Assembly: GCF_001194135.2 (NCBI RefSeq)
Contig: NC_068984.1
Location: 33,059,244-33,095,680, forward strand
Reading direction: 5' to 3'
Length of the DNA: 36,437 nt
Origin: Octopus bimaculoides
Taxonomy: Eukaryota
The position numbers were made by a program, and so were the translations under genes. Shown one piece after another: positions 11,500-21,800 of the stretch. The notes beneath the pieces are model-generated. The model made no database searches, was not told the origin of the DNA, and worked only from the letters and a program-made list of their open reading frames with translations. Within the stretch, counting starts at the first letter, position 1. The number at the start of each line of letters is the position of its first letter.

Positions 11500-13330
11500 G
11501 TTCGGATGACCTCTACTCAACTACTCGACGTCTAGACTTCCCCCTCTATATCTACGTATTGGGCTAACCTACTTCATCGGCTGGGGTCGTCGGCACAATA
11601 TTTCCTTTGAACCAATCAAGGGTGATTTTGATATATTTACTATTCAAATATAACTGTTAATGAATGTATGGCTAACATCTTATATTATGAATTTAGCTCA
11701 GATTTCAGGACCGTTCGAACTCTTGTTTAGCATTCGTTATGCTTGCATGCGGAATGCCAGAGCCTCCATTCATTCGTACATATTATTTGTAAGTTTCTTG
11801 GTACTTTTATATCTGTGTCAATATCTAGCACCACTGAATGTGAGGTCTTCAAATTCTCTTCCTGGAAAGTGGCCTTGGCATGTTTATCAAAGCTAAACCC
11901 CACCCTAATGATACCACTAAATACTTTCACCCTCTGTAATAGACCGTCATGCTCATTATTTTTGCCATAGTTTTAGGCTATCCATTTAAAAGAGATGGCT
12001 TATTTTGTTATTGTCAATTTTGCACAAATACCTTCTACTTTTGAGTTCATTTAGAAGGGGTATTAGAGCTAAGCAAAAGATTAGAGGTTAAAATGTGACA
12101 CCTTGGAAACTGCTACAATTGAAGTTTGTACTGTTTGAAGCTAGAGCGATATAATTACAGGTTCATATTTCACAGGAGACATTTTGATGATTTCCAGCGA
12201 TTTCAAGATCCATGAATGTGGTATGCTGTCAAAAGCCTTTTCATCATCTATTTCTCCGGTACTGAAATTTCTGTGCTCCTTATGACAATTCTCAAGAAAT
12301 ATGTGACTCACTAGGAATCCATCGTTGCATCCATATGTGCCTCGACGGCACCGCTTTGGTTCAGTGGGGATAATATTGTTCTGTTCGAATAATACATATA
12401 TTTTTCCCCAAAAATAGATGTTATAATTTTATAAGGGATTTATAAACAAGTAGTTGTTTGGAACATTGGTTTCATTATTCTTTCGGAGTAAATAAGTAAC
12501 ACTAATTGATAACTTGGAAGGTGTTTCCTTAGGGTCTCTTATAATTTCATTGAACACTTGAACTAAATATTCGTGTACACACGGGACAATGAAAGCATTG
12601 CATATTTACTAGGGCATTTCCATTTATGAACATTTGTGTGTATCAATCTTGTCTGCTATTGTGATGTCTTCACATGCTTTTTTTTGTAAATTTTGTTGAG
12701 AACTTTCTTTGCGTCCAAACCAATGTGCATCGTCAGTGTATGTTTTCTCATGACTCCAAATCTCTTTTCAAATTTTCAAAATGTACCAGGGGAGGGGTAC
12801 TTTCAATGGTCATTTACTTCTTCCCTGTCTCTCAGTAGAAAGTTTTCGCATTGGGTGTGAACTGTTTATTTTGCTTGTAAAACTTGTTTCTCATTTCAAA
12901 TCTTCATATTCTTTCAGCTTTTACTTGGACATGTTGTTCTAATGTTTCTTTTATTGAATTAGCTTCCTTCGTGAAAATCCATATTTTCCCATCATCCTTC
13001 TTCATTTTCTGGATCTTACATAATTTCCACAGATTGGGTCATTAAATATTCATATTTCCGCTCTCAGTAATTCAATATATTTTTCGATTTTACTTCTCCA
13101 GTTTGGAATTCTTCCCAGATTTGTATTTCTTTCTTTTTTTCGGAGGCGTATAACTAGCTTCAATTGCCTTAGCAGATGCGTAACTAACTTCATTTAATTC
13201 AATAAGATTAGGCTTTAATTCTTGTATGAATTCTTTTGTTACATAATTAACAATTTTGATTTGCTTTTCTTTCAGTTTGTATTTGGGAGTTTATGGATTG
13301 GTTCTGTATCATTCATACTTGTTTATCTAT
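11500..13330 (-). mobile_element. R4/Dong-clade LINE, pre-RT region and reverse transcriptase domain, decayed
   Basis: Minus-strand motifs in order: PNWRSKIEK..., QVKAERI*RFEMRNKFYKQNK, FNEIIRDPKETP...TYLLRK, RRGTYGCNDG..., EKAFDSIPHSW (12211-12242), FQG...PLIFCLALIPL, ISHLF*MDSLKL (degenerate YMDD), FDKHAKATF, QETYK, RVRTVLKSELN, and a weak RGGxL. Multiple stops and frameshifts. Confidence 0.92.
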
Positions 13331-13987
13331 ATTATTATTAATATTGAGTGAGAGAACAGTGCATGCAATCGAAGTGACATTGGGTAAAATACCCATCATG
13401 ACCACCCGTCTGATAAGGGTACACCAGAGATGTGCATCACAGCATTAGGTGCACGACATAGTGATCTCATATCAAGATAAACGGCGCATGAACTTGCAGG
13501 TGGGACCCAGTGAGAATTTTCTTCAGGTGGAGTAGTCCATCCAGCTTAGAAGACCGCGGGAATAAGGGTTGTTTACGGACATTGAACGAAACACCCATGT
13601 TTCTAGCAGTGAATTATCCAAACCCTAAAGAATATATGGCTATGATGCTCCCCCACTACTTCTGCTCGTGGTGAGAGATGCACACATCGTCAGCCACGAA
13701 GGGACATGCTCAAATGGTTAAGGTCAAACAACTGACAAGCAAATCTTTGGTATTAAGCAGAATATTTGCCGTAGTCCACCTTTTATAACAGGACAAAACA
13801 ATATACACGATAACACTTCCAATCAGTTAAGATTAAAAGTCAAGGGAGATACTGCCTGGTACTGCATCGGGGCAAAGCAGAATATTTGCTGTAGATCATC
13901 TTTTATACCAAGACAAACAATGTACATCATAACACTTCCAATCAGATCAGATCAGAAGCCATGAGAACGACTGCCTGGTACTACATC
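13330..13987 (-). mobile_element. (AAT)n-tailed non-coding interspersed repeat, probably a LINE 3' UTR or a derived non-autonomous element, inserted at a TAA site
   Basis: GC content is higher than the flanks. The minus strand ends ...TGCACTGTTCTCTCACTC-AATATTAATAATAAT, both junctions lie in ATT/TAA triplets, and it truncates the Dong ORF. It matches a common Octopus repeat by recollection (unverified). Confidence 0.6.
13755..13987. repeat. Diverged ~120 bp tandem duplication
   Basis: AAGCAGAATATTTGC...TAACACTTCCAATCAG...ACTGCCTGGTACT starts at 13755 and again at 13875, with many substitutions between copies. Confidence 0.92.
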
Positions 13988-13992
13988 ATTAT

Positions 13993-14190
13993 TACCTCCT
14001 CACTAGCGAAGGCGGAGGTATTATTTTCAGTCGTGTTTGTTTCTTTGTTTATCTCAGGACAAGATATCTCAGGAACCGCTAGATGGATTCGGATAAAACT
14101 TTCGGAGATGTTTGGCCCGGTGATTGGCACGAAATGAGAAGGTGTTGGGATCGATCCCGTACCGGACAAGGATTCTGAAATATTTGCTAT
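13993..14190 (+). mobile_element. Helentron/HINE-like (Helitron2) non-autonomous element, left end
   Basis: Begins in a T-rich site with a perfect 7-bp hairpin TACCTCC (13993-13999) / GGAGGTA (14014-14020), followed by a TTTG-type repeat and GGATTCGG...AAACTT...GGATCGATCC. This is the architecture of DINE-1/HINE elements. Confidence 0.5.
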
Positions 14191-14523
14191 ATTTACTTTA
14201 CTTTACGTGTCGTATTATGACCTTACCTTCACTTTCAAATCTTTCTCTGATTATCTTGCTTGAAAGCAGTATTGCTGTTTTCAAAGATTTATTTTCGTTT
14301 ATCTACTATTAATTTTACTTGCGTGTCTATCTTAATAGAAACTGATGGATAAAGAAATCAAACTACATAAATAAACGGCAGCAAAACTGTTCGGAAATTA
14401 AATATCGCTAACATATTCAGTAACAATAATAGATTTAATTTATCCTCAACAATTTTTAGTTTTATCAATTTTGAACATATCGCTCCTGGTTAAAACCTCT
14501 TACCTACTAGACAATTACATTTC

Positions 14524-14730
14524 TAGTTCTGCCTTGAAGGAAGCCTTACTTCTTGGACTGACGTCTTTGTATGCATCGATGTTGTTAAACTTCCGTTGAC
14601 AGCACCGTATACAGGTCCTTTCCGTTTTCTTTCACGCACGAATGAATTTTTCACAATATACCTCAATGGTCGTAAAGACACTTTATCAGTGGGTAGATAG
14701 GCCTTCATAGAGAAAACTGTCCCTGTTGCC
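14524..14730 (+). mobile_element. Ty3/Gypsy LTR-retrotransposon integrase C-terminal (GPY/F) fragment
   Basis: Plus frame SWTDVFVCIDVVKLPLTAPYTGPFRFLSRTNEFFTIYLNGRKDTLSVGR*AF matches the Gypsy HVFVRxDxxxxPLxxPYxGPF...LNGxxDTVSIDRLKPAF motif. No LTR or PPT confidently seen. Confidence 0.8.
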
Positions 14731-15034
14731 AGTACAGACGACACACACAACATTACACCCACCTTCATATTCCATGACCACCAGGGTTCCTGTTACTGAT
14801 TTCGACTTCTTGCGCTTGTCGCATTGAGAAACTACACTTTATATAACAAAAATCCTTCCGATTTTTAAATTCCTTTGCTTTAAGAGAATTTTCTGCACAG
14901 ATGTATTGTCATGTTTTCCTTCCATCGCACCGATGTCACTGGATTAAGTTTGTTTGGTTAGTGTACGTCCATGTTGCTTTGTACGTACATGTTGTTCTGT
15001 ATTTCTAAGTTTTTCTATACGTCCATGTTGTTCT

Positions 15035-15035
<1 letters not shown>

Positions 15036-15117
<82 letters not shown>
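15036..15117. repeat. (ATT)n microsatellite
   Basis: Seen directly, with one GTT interruption; source of the poly-Ile ORF. Confidence 0.98.
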
Positions 15118-15250
15118 TTATGTTTGACTTTTGCTTTGCATTTGTACAAGTTGGATCCAAGTCTCACCCAGATACCTCAAGAGACAACAAGTTAGAAGTT
15201 CATGTAGGTGTTATGCCTAGGGTACCATATATTTGGATTTGTACGTTGTG
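15036..15250 (-). mobile_element. 5'-truncated LINE 3' end (Dong-type 3' UTR) with (TAA)n tail
   Basis: Minus strand ...CCAAATATATGGTACCCTAGGCATAACACCTACATGAACTTCTAACTTGTTGTCTCTTGAGG...GCAAAGCAAAAGTCAAACATAA(AAT)n; the other junction lies in ATC/ATT triplets. Assignment to Dong rests on recall and on the established TAA targeting of Dong. Confidence 0.55.
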
Positions 15251-15269
15251 TTGTTCTATCATCATTATT

Positions 15270-15700
15270 ATGTGATTAAAACTGGGTTTATGAAAAGTTA
15301 GTCGACTGTGGCAAGACTTATGAAACTGAATGGATGTAATCTACATATGCTTTTCTAAGGAGGAGGGAAGAAACTGGAAGAGGGCACTTCCCCATACCTT
15401 GGGGATGGCAGAGTAAACCGGGGCTTTTTTGTGAGGTATACCCCGAATTATCCCAAGTGAACCGTCCCGCTATTGGGGATTCTATTCATTTATTTATTAC
15501 TTACATCTTTACGTTCTATTACATATCCTCTGTTATATCCTTTAATGTGGTAATATCGCCCCTTTATCGATGTTAACCCCACATCTTTTTGTAATTTGTG
15601 TTTTATGTTATTTTTGTGTGCTGTAACTCATCCTTCAGCATTGTCCTCCATGTCTTGGGCCCTTGTGGCCAATAAAAAATAAATCATTATTATTATTGGT
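15270..15700 (+). mobile_element. Probable LINE 3' end (clade uncertain) with AATAAA and (ATT)n tail
   Basis: T-rich UTR-like sequence ending GCCCTTGTGGCCAATAAAAAATAAATC-ATTATTATTATT. No protein motif recognised. Confidence 0.35.
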
Positions 15701-15775
15701 GTTACTGTTGTTGTTGTTGTTATTATTATTATTGTTTTAATATTGTTGTTCTTGCTGCTGCTGCTGCTGTTGCTG

Positions 15776-15819
<44 letters not shown>

Positions 15820-15994
15820 GCTACTACTGCTGCTGCTGCTACTATTACTGATGTTGCTGATGCTGCTGCTGCAACTACGACTACTATTACTACTATTGCT
15901 ACTGCTACTGCTGCTGCTGCTTCTGCTATTGTTGCTGCTGCTGCTACTGCCGCGGTTCTTACTACTGCTGCTGCTGCTACTGCTGCTGCTGCTG

Positions 15995-16036
<42 letters not shown>

Positions 16037-16048
16037 TTACTACTACTC
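15688..16048. repeat. Long compound trinucleotide microsatellite (TAT/TGT/CTG/CTA)
   Basis: Seen directly; generates the spurious poly-Leu ORF 15743..16117. Confidence 0.97.
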
Positions 16049-16054
16049 AGATAT

Positions 16055-17330
16055 GTATCACATTATATTTCTTGCTGTGTCACCCGAACAGACTTTTTTG
16101 TAGAATCATTATTTTAGGTCCTTGCATTCTCGGGTAAATATTTCAATAATGCATAATAATATTCATTCAGTGCGGCTGTATGTAGTAGGGAATTTATATC
16201 TTTCTTTCCATTTGAATGCCCATACAACGTTTGCATGTTCATTTTCAAGGATGTTCGGTTTTGCAATTATGCTATTTTTCCACGTTTAGTTCTAACTATT
16301 TTACTAATTCGGCATTCTACGTATGTAGTAACCTTGCAACATTTCCAGTCCTTGTAAAATCTAATATTTATGAAGCACTTACGCACAGAAACTAAATAAG
16401 TAACTCTCTCTGGCTCTTAACACATTTATTCACGTATCGGAGATGTCTACTTTATCTTCATTCTTTCAGATATATTTTTCCAAATTGAAAAATATATTGT
16501 CCGATATATACCCGTGTCTGTCTCTTCTTTTAACATTCTTGTCTTTAGACATTGAAATGTCCTTTGTTCTGGATTTCCTTCAATACTTTCAAAAACTGCC
16601 CGTAGAATGTTTTCTCTAGTAATGTATTCTGGTTCCGAGAATTCACATTCTCCTGTCTTTCAGTTAACACAATGATTGTTCTAACTACTATCAAAGGCAC
16701 CTCATATTGTCGGTAATGTACTTCTTAAATTCTCTGTCTCTCTGTCTCTCTCTGTTTTCACAAGTCTTCTACACTTATCTGACTGTCTTCCCCATCCTTT
16801 CTGCTAAAATGCAATTTATCAATTGTTTCCCATGGCCACACTTATTATGAATTGTCTGCAATTTCTTTTCTTGTTGTATCTACTTTCTTCAATTCTTTTT
16901 TGTCCAGTTTATTATTACACTTCTGTGTCTGATGATCTATGATACTCTCGAGTTTAAGGCAGTAGAGATCTTAATGCCATTGGCTTCGGGTTTTCATATC
17001 CTGCTAAATTTTCAGAAATATCCTCCCCCGAATTTGATTTCATTTCTTCTGTCTTTTACATCAAAAGTTTCCCACATACCAGATATTTATAGCCATTTTC
17101 TCTATCAGTCTCTTTAATCTTCGTTTGGTAGATTTATTCCGTCAATTTTACGGTAATTCTCTTTGTTTATCAGAAGGAACTCACAGAAATACCAAATTCC
17201 ATTCTGATGTCATTTCCAAACACTCGCACATCACAGATAAGTTTATCCACTTCTCTCTACATCTTACCATGTGACACTAGCTCATCCATGAATAGCAAAT
17301 TTCCAACTACACCTTGATCATTTCCCAAAA
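16055..17330 (-). mobile_element. Second R4/Dong-clade LINE fragment (RT C-terminal half to RLE), heavily decayed
   Basis: Minus strand: NLLFMDEL...DVRVFGNDIRMEFGIS, DRENGYKYL, FYGQFLK, TFQCLKTRMLKEETD, TSP...PERVTYLVS, ILENEHANVVWAF, SGDTAR. The motif order matches HLLFMDD-MEFG-YKYLG-HGQFL-LKxETE-CxxC-ENE-WDF-PGD. The wording differs from the 9.7-13.3 kb copy. Confidence 0.82.
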
Positions 17331-17946
17331 TATGTCAAACATTTTCATTTCTTATCTCTAAGGAGAGTGAAATTAGAGTATTAGCAAACAGTAAGGGTAA
17401 TAGGCTATCGAAAAACAACAATAACAATAGACTTGAGGAATATTACGATCTGTTTTGACATTGCCGAGCGGATTCATGTTATTTCCTTTGATTCTCAATT
17501 TCACATCCTTACATTTATCTGCGTAGTAATGTTATTTGCAAATGTGAACAAGCTGAGGGCCTTAAAAATTAAAGAGTAGAGGAAAGTGGTATATGTTTTG
17601 ATAATCAATCCAACATATTTCTTGCCGATATGGCTTTCTTTTCAGTTTCTTGTAAGTGTTTAACGATTAAATGTTGGATATTTGTGCCTCTTAAATTCCT
17701 CTCGTATACTTTCTGTTCATTAAAGAGAAGGATGTATTACTCTGAATATGCATAGATATTATCAAACGTACTTTTAAATAATTTCCATTTTAGCACTAAG
17801 GAACATATTGATTCTTACCATTAGTTATTCAGTTTGCGTTAAGTTAATGGGATAAGTTTTCTTTCAAAAATTAGTTAGCATTTTCCAAAGTATTTTGAAA
17901 TTCTTCTTCAAAAATCTTGCACTCCTTGTGCCTTCATTATTAATAA

Positions 17947-18162
17947 GATGGCAGAATTGTTAGCACATCGGGTAAAAGTGCCTTGCAACATTTCGTCCCC
18001 ATTCATGTTGTGAGTTCAAATGCCGCTGGGGTTGACTTTGCCTTTTATCATTTCCTGGTCGATAAAATAATTACCAGTTGAGCATTGGGGTCAGAGTAAT
18101 TTACTTACTGTCATCCCTCGAAAACGTTGGCTTTGTGCAAAAATTTGAAACCTTTATTATTA
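17947..18162 (+). mobile_element. tRNA-derived SINE, near full length (octopus-type)
   Basis: A-box-like TGGCAGAATTGTTAG (from 17949), B-box GAGTTCAAATGCC (from 18012), body GACTTTGCCTTT...GTCGATAAAATAA.TACCAGTTGAGCA.TGGGGTC, and 3' AAATTTGAAACC + ATT tail. Confidence 0.85.
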
Positions 18163-18707
18163 CTGTTGTTTTACTTCTTAACGGCTTGGTCCTAGTCCTT
18201 TCCTATTTTCTCTATACGTCTGATACTCACTTTCACATAATTCGGAACTGTAAAATCAATTGCCTGGCACTTTCTATTCTCCTTGACTTGTACTACTATA
18301 TGAAGCCTTCTCGCTTCTATTAATTTGTCAGTTTGAAAGTTAAAATCTCACAATATATTATATTTCATATATTATATTAGTGAATCGTCATTTTATATCT
18401 ATGTTCGTAAAATATATTCCCATTATACTGAAACAGTTGTAGTTACAGAAGTAATATGTTTTAACGTTTGTGTTAATATATCCATAGTCTGCGACTAACA
18501 TACTTGACATGGAATATCAAATTTAATGGATACATTTCTTCTTAAAATAAACACTTCACATATATACAATTGATAGCTGGATTTTGTAAATCTTCTTCAT
18601 GAGCACACAACCGATGCTAATCCATTTTATATATCATAAATATAAGCATATGTATATGTGTGCCAACATATATTTGCACGTATATGCGAGTGTTTATATG
18701 TGTATAC

Positions 18708-18724
18708 CTATCTATCTATCTATA

Positions 18725-18767
<43 letters not shown>

Positions 18768-18779
18768 TTATCTATCTAG

Positions 18780-18822
<43 letters not shown>
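18708..18822. repeat. (CTAT)n followed by (TA)n microsatellite
   Basis: Seen directly. Confidence 0.97.
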
Positions 18823-18824
<2 letters not shown>

Positions 18825-18826
<2 letters not shown>

Positions 18827-19420
18827 CTGAAACCGTTGGAATCCCAGGATGCAACCGAAAATGTAGATTGTGCCATGTCTCTGTGGAAGACATCACACAT
18901 GTGATTAACAGCCGACAAGAAATGTCATCAGTATCCTACCTCCCTAAGCAACACGACGTTGTCGCAAAACAATATACAATTCCAACTGGAAAAGAGAGTC
19001 CTGGAATAAATACAAACGATTCACCTGCCATTGAAAACGTATACAAACGTCAACACAAGGAGGGATGGTGTATATTCCTATCACAACAATGGTGAAATGT
19101 ATAGAATAGGACGGATGTTGTTTGGAACAGACAAAAAACAGTAGGCACCGTCATAGAGGTCAGCAGTGGTACTGATGTCTTTATCCCTTTGAAAATTAGA
19201 GAAAGAGGATAACAATGGATAATGCTTCAAAACATCCAGCTTCTAAATTCAGATAACAAATTTACGCCAATAATAATTGTAGCACATGGCTTTGTGATTA
19301 AATACGTTACTGATCGTTTGGATGAGCTTAGATTTTCAGAAAAAAATATCAAGCAACTAACTCGCACATAACAAATGTGGATTAGTAAAAATAAGCAAGA
19401 CTTTTCTCAAGTGTAAAAAG
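18825..19420 (+). mobile_element. 5'-truncated RLE-type non-LTR retrotransposon 3' end (R4/Dong-like, a third family)
   Basis: ORF 18658..19095 after the microsatellite reads RKCRLCHVSVEDITHVINS...SYLPKQHDVVAK (CCHC + RHD motif). Other frames give VIEVSSGTDV, QNIQLLNSDNKF, IIIVAHGF, LDELRF, and the ORF end KTFLK. Confidence 0.8.
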
Positions 19421-19594
19421 TGACTTTGATTTCTATATTGTATTCCAATGATAGACGGATTTGTTTTTTAATCATCGTTAGAAACCAGTTCCTTGCCCAG
19501 AGGTAGAAATTAAATAGCTAACAGCAGAAATGAACATAAATACATACATTAATACATGAACACACATACATTGATGCATATATACATGCACACC

Positions 19595-19670
19595 CATTCC
19601 TCCCACCCTCCCTCCCTCCCTCCATCCATACATACATACATACATACATACATACGTACATACATATGGC
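19595..19670. repeat. (TCCC)n + (ATAC)n compound microsatellite
   Basis: Seen directly. Confidence 0.92.
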
Positions 19671-20833
19671 ACATATCTACGGATATCCACATGAAAAATT
19701 CGGGATGTTGCATAAAGTAACTTGAAATTTACTGTAGATTTCTAAAGTGCTAAGGTATACGTTAATATTTTCTCTTAAAATAACACCTAAATAAAATAGA
19801 TTGAAATTTATAGCAAATAAAATTAGGATAAACATTTTTATGTGTACAGAGTAAAGTAAACTATGTCAGCATTTCATGTTAAAGTGCATATACACTTTAT
19901 AATTTGGTGTTCGATGTTATAAAAATTCCATTTATTTGTAGGGAAAGGGATATATTATACTAGTAATATAAATGTGTTATTATTCGTCTCGAACATTATA
20001 CAATTGTTGGAAAGGCACATCCGCTGAAGCAACCACAATAACAGCAACACCATTTCAAAATGCATATTATTTCAGTCGATTCGTGTGAGTAAGGAATATC
20101 TTACGTTCTTAAAAGTATCTTAGAAATATTCGATATTAGAGAATATTCTGAGGAAAATAGATTTCTCTCTGGCTAGATGTAATATGATGTTGTAAAACCT
20201 GCAATTTATCATATATACGCTAAATAAGATAGGAAAATCACAAAAGAGAGAAAAAAAAAGAGAGAGTGATAAACCGAAAAGTGAACAATACTACGTATAA
20301 AACAAAACCCACTCAAAATATCACTGCTAGCTGTCCATTTCTATCTTCATCGCATTCCTTCTATTATGGTTTTGTTCGAAGCGAATACATATCAATCAAA
20401 TGTCACATGGCTTTAAATAACAACCAAAAGCAGGCTTTTTACTTATTTTTCTCAGATGTTAATATTATTTTTTTTGTTATTTTTTTTTTCGAATTTGTTT
20501 CTCTTTTCCCGTTAAAGGTATATTATTTGAACTTCATACATAAATTGTTTCTTGAAGAAAACGTTGCCAAAATTTTCTTTCTTTTTATTTCCCTTATAAA
20601 TTTTTTTCTTGCATGAATGTGTGCCACACTTGCTTCTGTTATTATTGTTGCTGTTGTTTTTCAGTTTATACTGTTGTAGCATTGACTCGGTCGTGACCCG
20701 AAAAACATACTGCATTAATGATAAGAAAAAAAAATAAGAGAAAGAAATACACTAGTTCCTCTTAACAAAACATGTAAAGTAATTAACCCCAAACACTGCT
20801 GTTTCTGCTACTGCATTACCCACTCCTCCGTCA

Positions 20834-20870
<37 letters not shown>

Positions 20871-20917
20871 ATACTAATACTACTACTAATACTACTACTG
20901 CTGCTGCTGCCGCTGCT
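20834..20917. repeat. (CTA)n/(CTG)n trinucleotide microsatellite
   Basis: Seen directly; source of the poly-Val/Ala tract in ORF 20752..21165. Confidence 0.95.
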
Positions 20918-21279
20918 CGTACTTCTACTACTCTAGTATCCATTCCGGTATCACTGTCACGCTTCAACAAATCGAAAATCTTCCGCAAAACGCAAGCTAT
21001 GGTAATTTCGTTGACGCCTAAATCGCTCTCATTATATTTTCGCGTATTTCCGATACTAATACTAGCTTTCAATATTTTGCAATGTAAAAGATTACACTGA
21101 CAACATTTCCTGCTAGGAACGTCTGGCTCCATCTGAAATAACAGATGAACAATTTTGTTTTTCACTTTACTAGTTTTTTGCTGCTAACTCAAACTGAGAA
21201 AAAACGTGACTGAGAAAAAAAAAACGTGACTGACAATAACTCCTTGCCCTCAATTACTCTCAAAAATTGTATAGAAGTT

Positions 21280-21800
21280 GCAGCTTCATTGGATTCATGA
21301 CTATCGTGATATTTTCATTTCGATCCTTCACATAGAGAACTGTTTGCATCAGATGGACTGTGCGACCGCCTACACCTGATGCCTTAAATAGATACTAAGC
21401 ATTTGGTGTTAAAACTTGAAAAGGTGCGATGTTTGGCAACGGAACATAGTTAAGGAGATGCAAAACGGATATTAGTCATTGTGCGCTTCATTTCAAAGTA
21501 GCCTTCTCTCAGCATTTCTGGTTAAGCCTGAACTATCTGCTATGGCAGATGATCATATAATTGCCCACAAGCAACCGGTACTATAATTCACACTTTCACA
21601 CTGATTTAGCACCTGAACGAAACCGGGCGCATGGAACAGAACTGACTGATATTTCTGGTTCACGGTGTCGAACATCGTAGAGTTATTCAACTTACAGGTC
21701 TTTATTCTATGTACCTTCATAGGATAGTAGAACCTACAACTGAAAATGCCATCGGCATTGTCCACCACTGGTCTGCTTTTCTAAGTGTCTACCTATATAC
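21280..21800 (+). mobile_element. Decayed CR1-like LINE, 3' end of RT ORF
   Basis: Plus frames give VRP..., KLEKVRCLAT (cf. LEKVQRRAT), DDHIIAHK (cf. GDLILAH), APERNRAHGTEL (cf. APERRLRGHSEKL) and KMPS, in the CR1 C-terminal order. Confidence 0.55.

Noticed and set aside
15355-15390. Purine-rich tract as polypurine tract of the Gypsy fragment
   Set aside because: It is not followed by a TG-initiated LTR and is separated from the integrase by other insertions.
15743-16117. Poly-Leu 124-aa ORF, and similar YIYI/VCVC/poly-Gly/poly-Pro ORFs at 5792, 14971, 18599, 24743, 28916-29327, 33523, 35299-35603 and 36055-36319
   Set aside because: These are read-throughs of microsatellites lacking stop codons; no non-repetitive coding signal.
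17947-18030. tRNA genes at SINE heads (also 6930-6990, 25537-25620, 33144-33210)
   Set aside because: A/B boxes are present but no cloverleaf could be built, and each continues into a SINE body.
21553-21768. ORF beginning VDNADGIF, reminiscent of nicotinic/chemotactile receptor NNADG
   Set aside because: Antisense to the CR1 fragment, with no Cys-loop or other pLGIC motifs.
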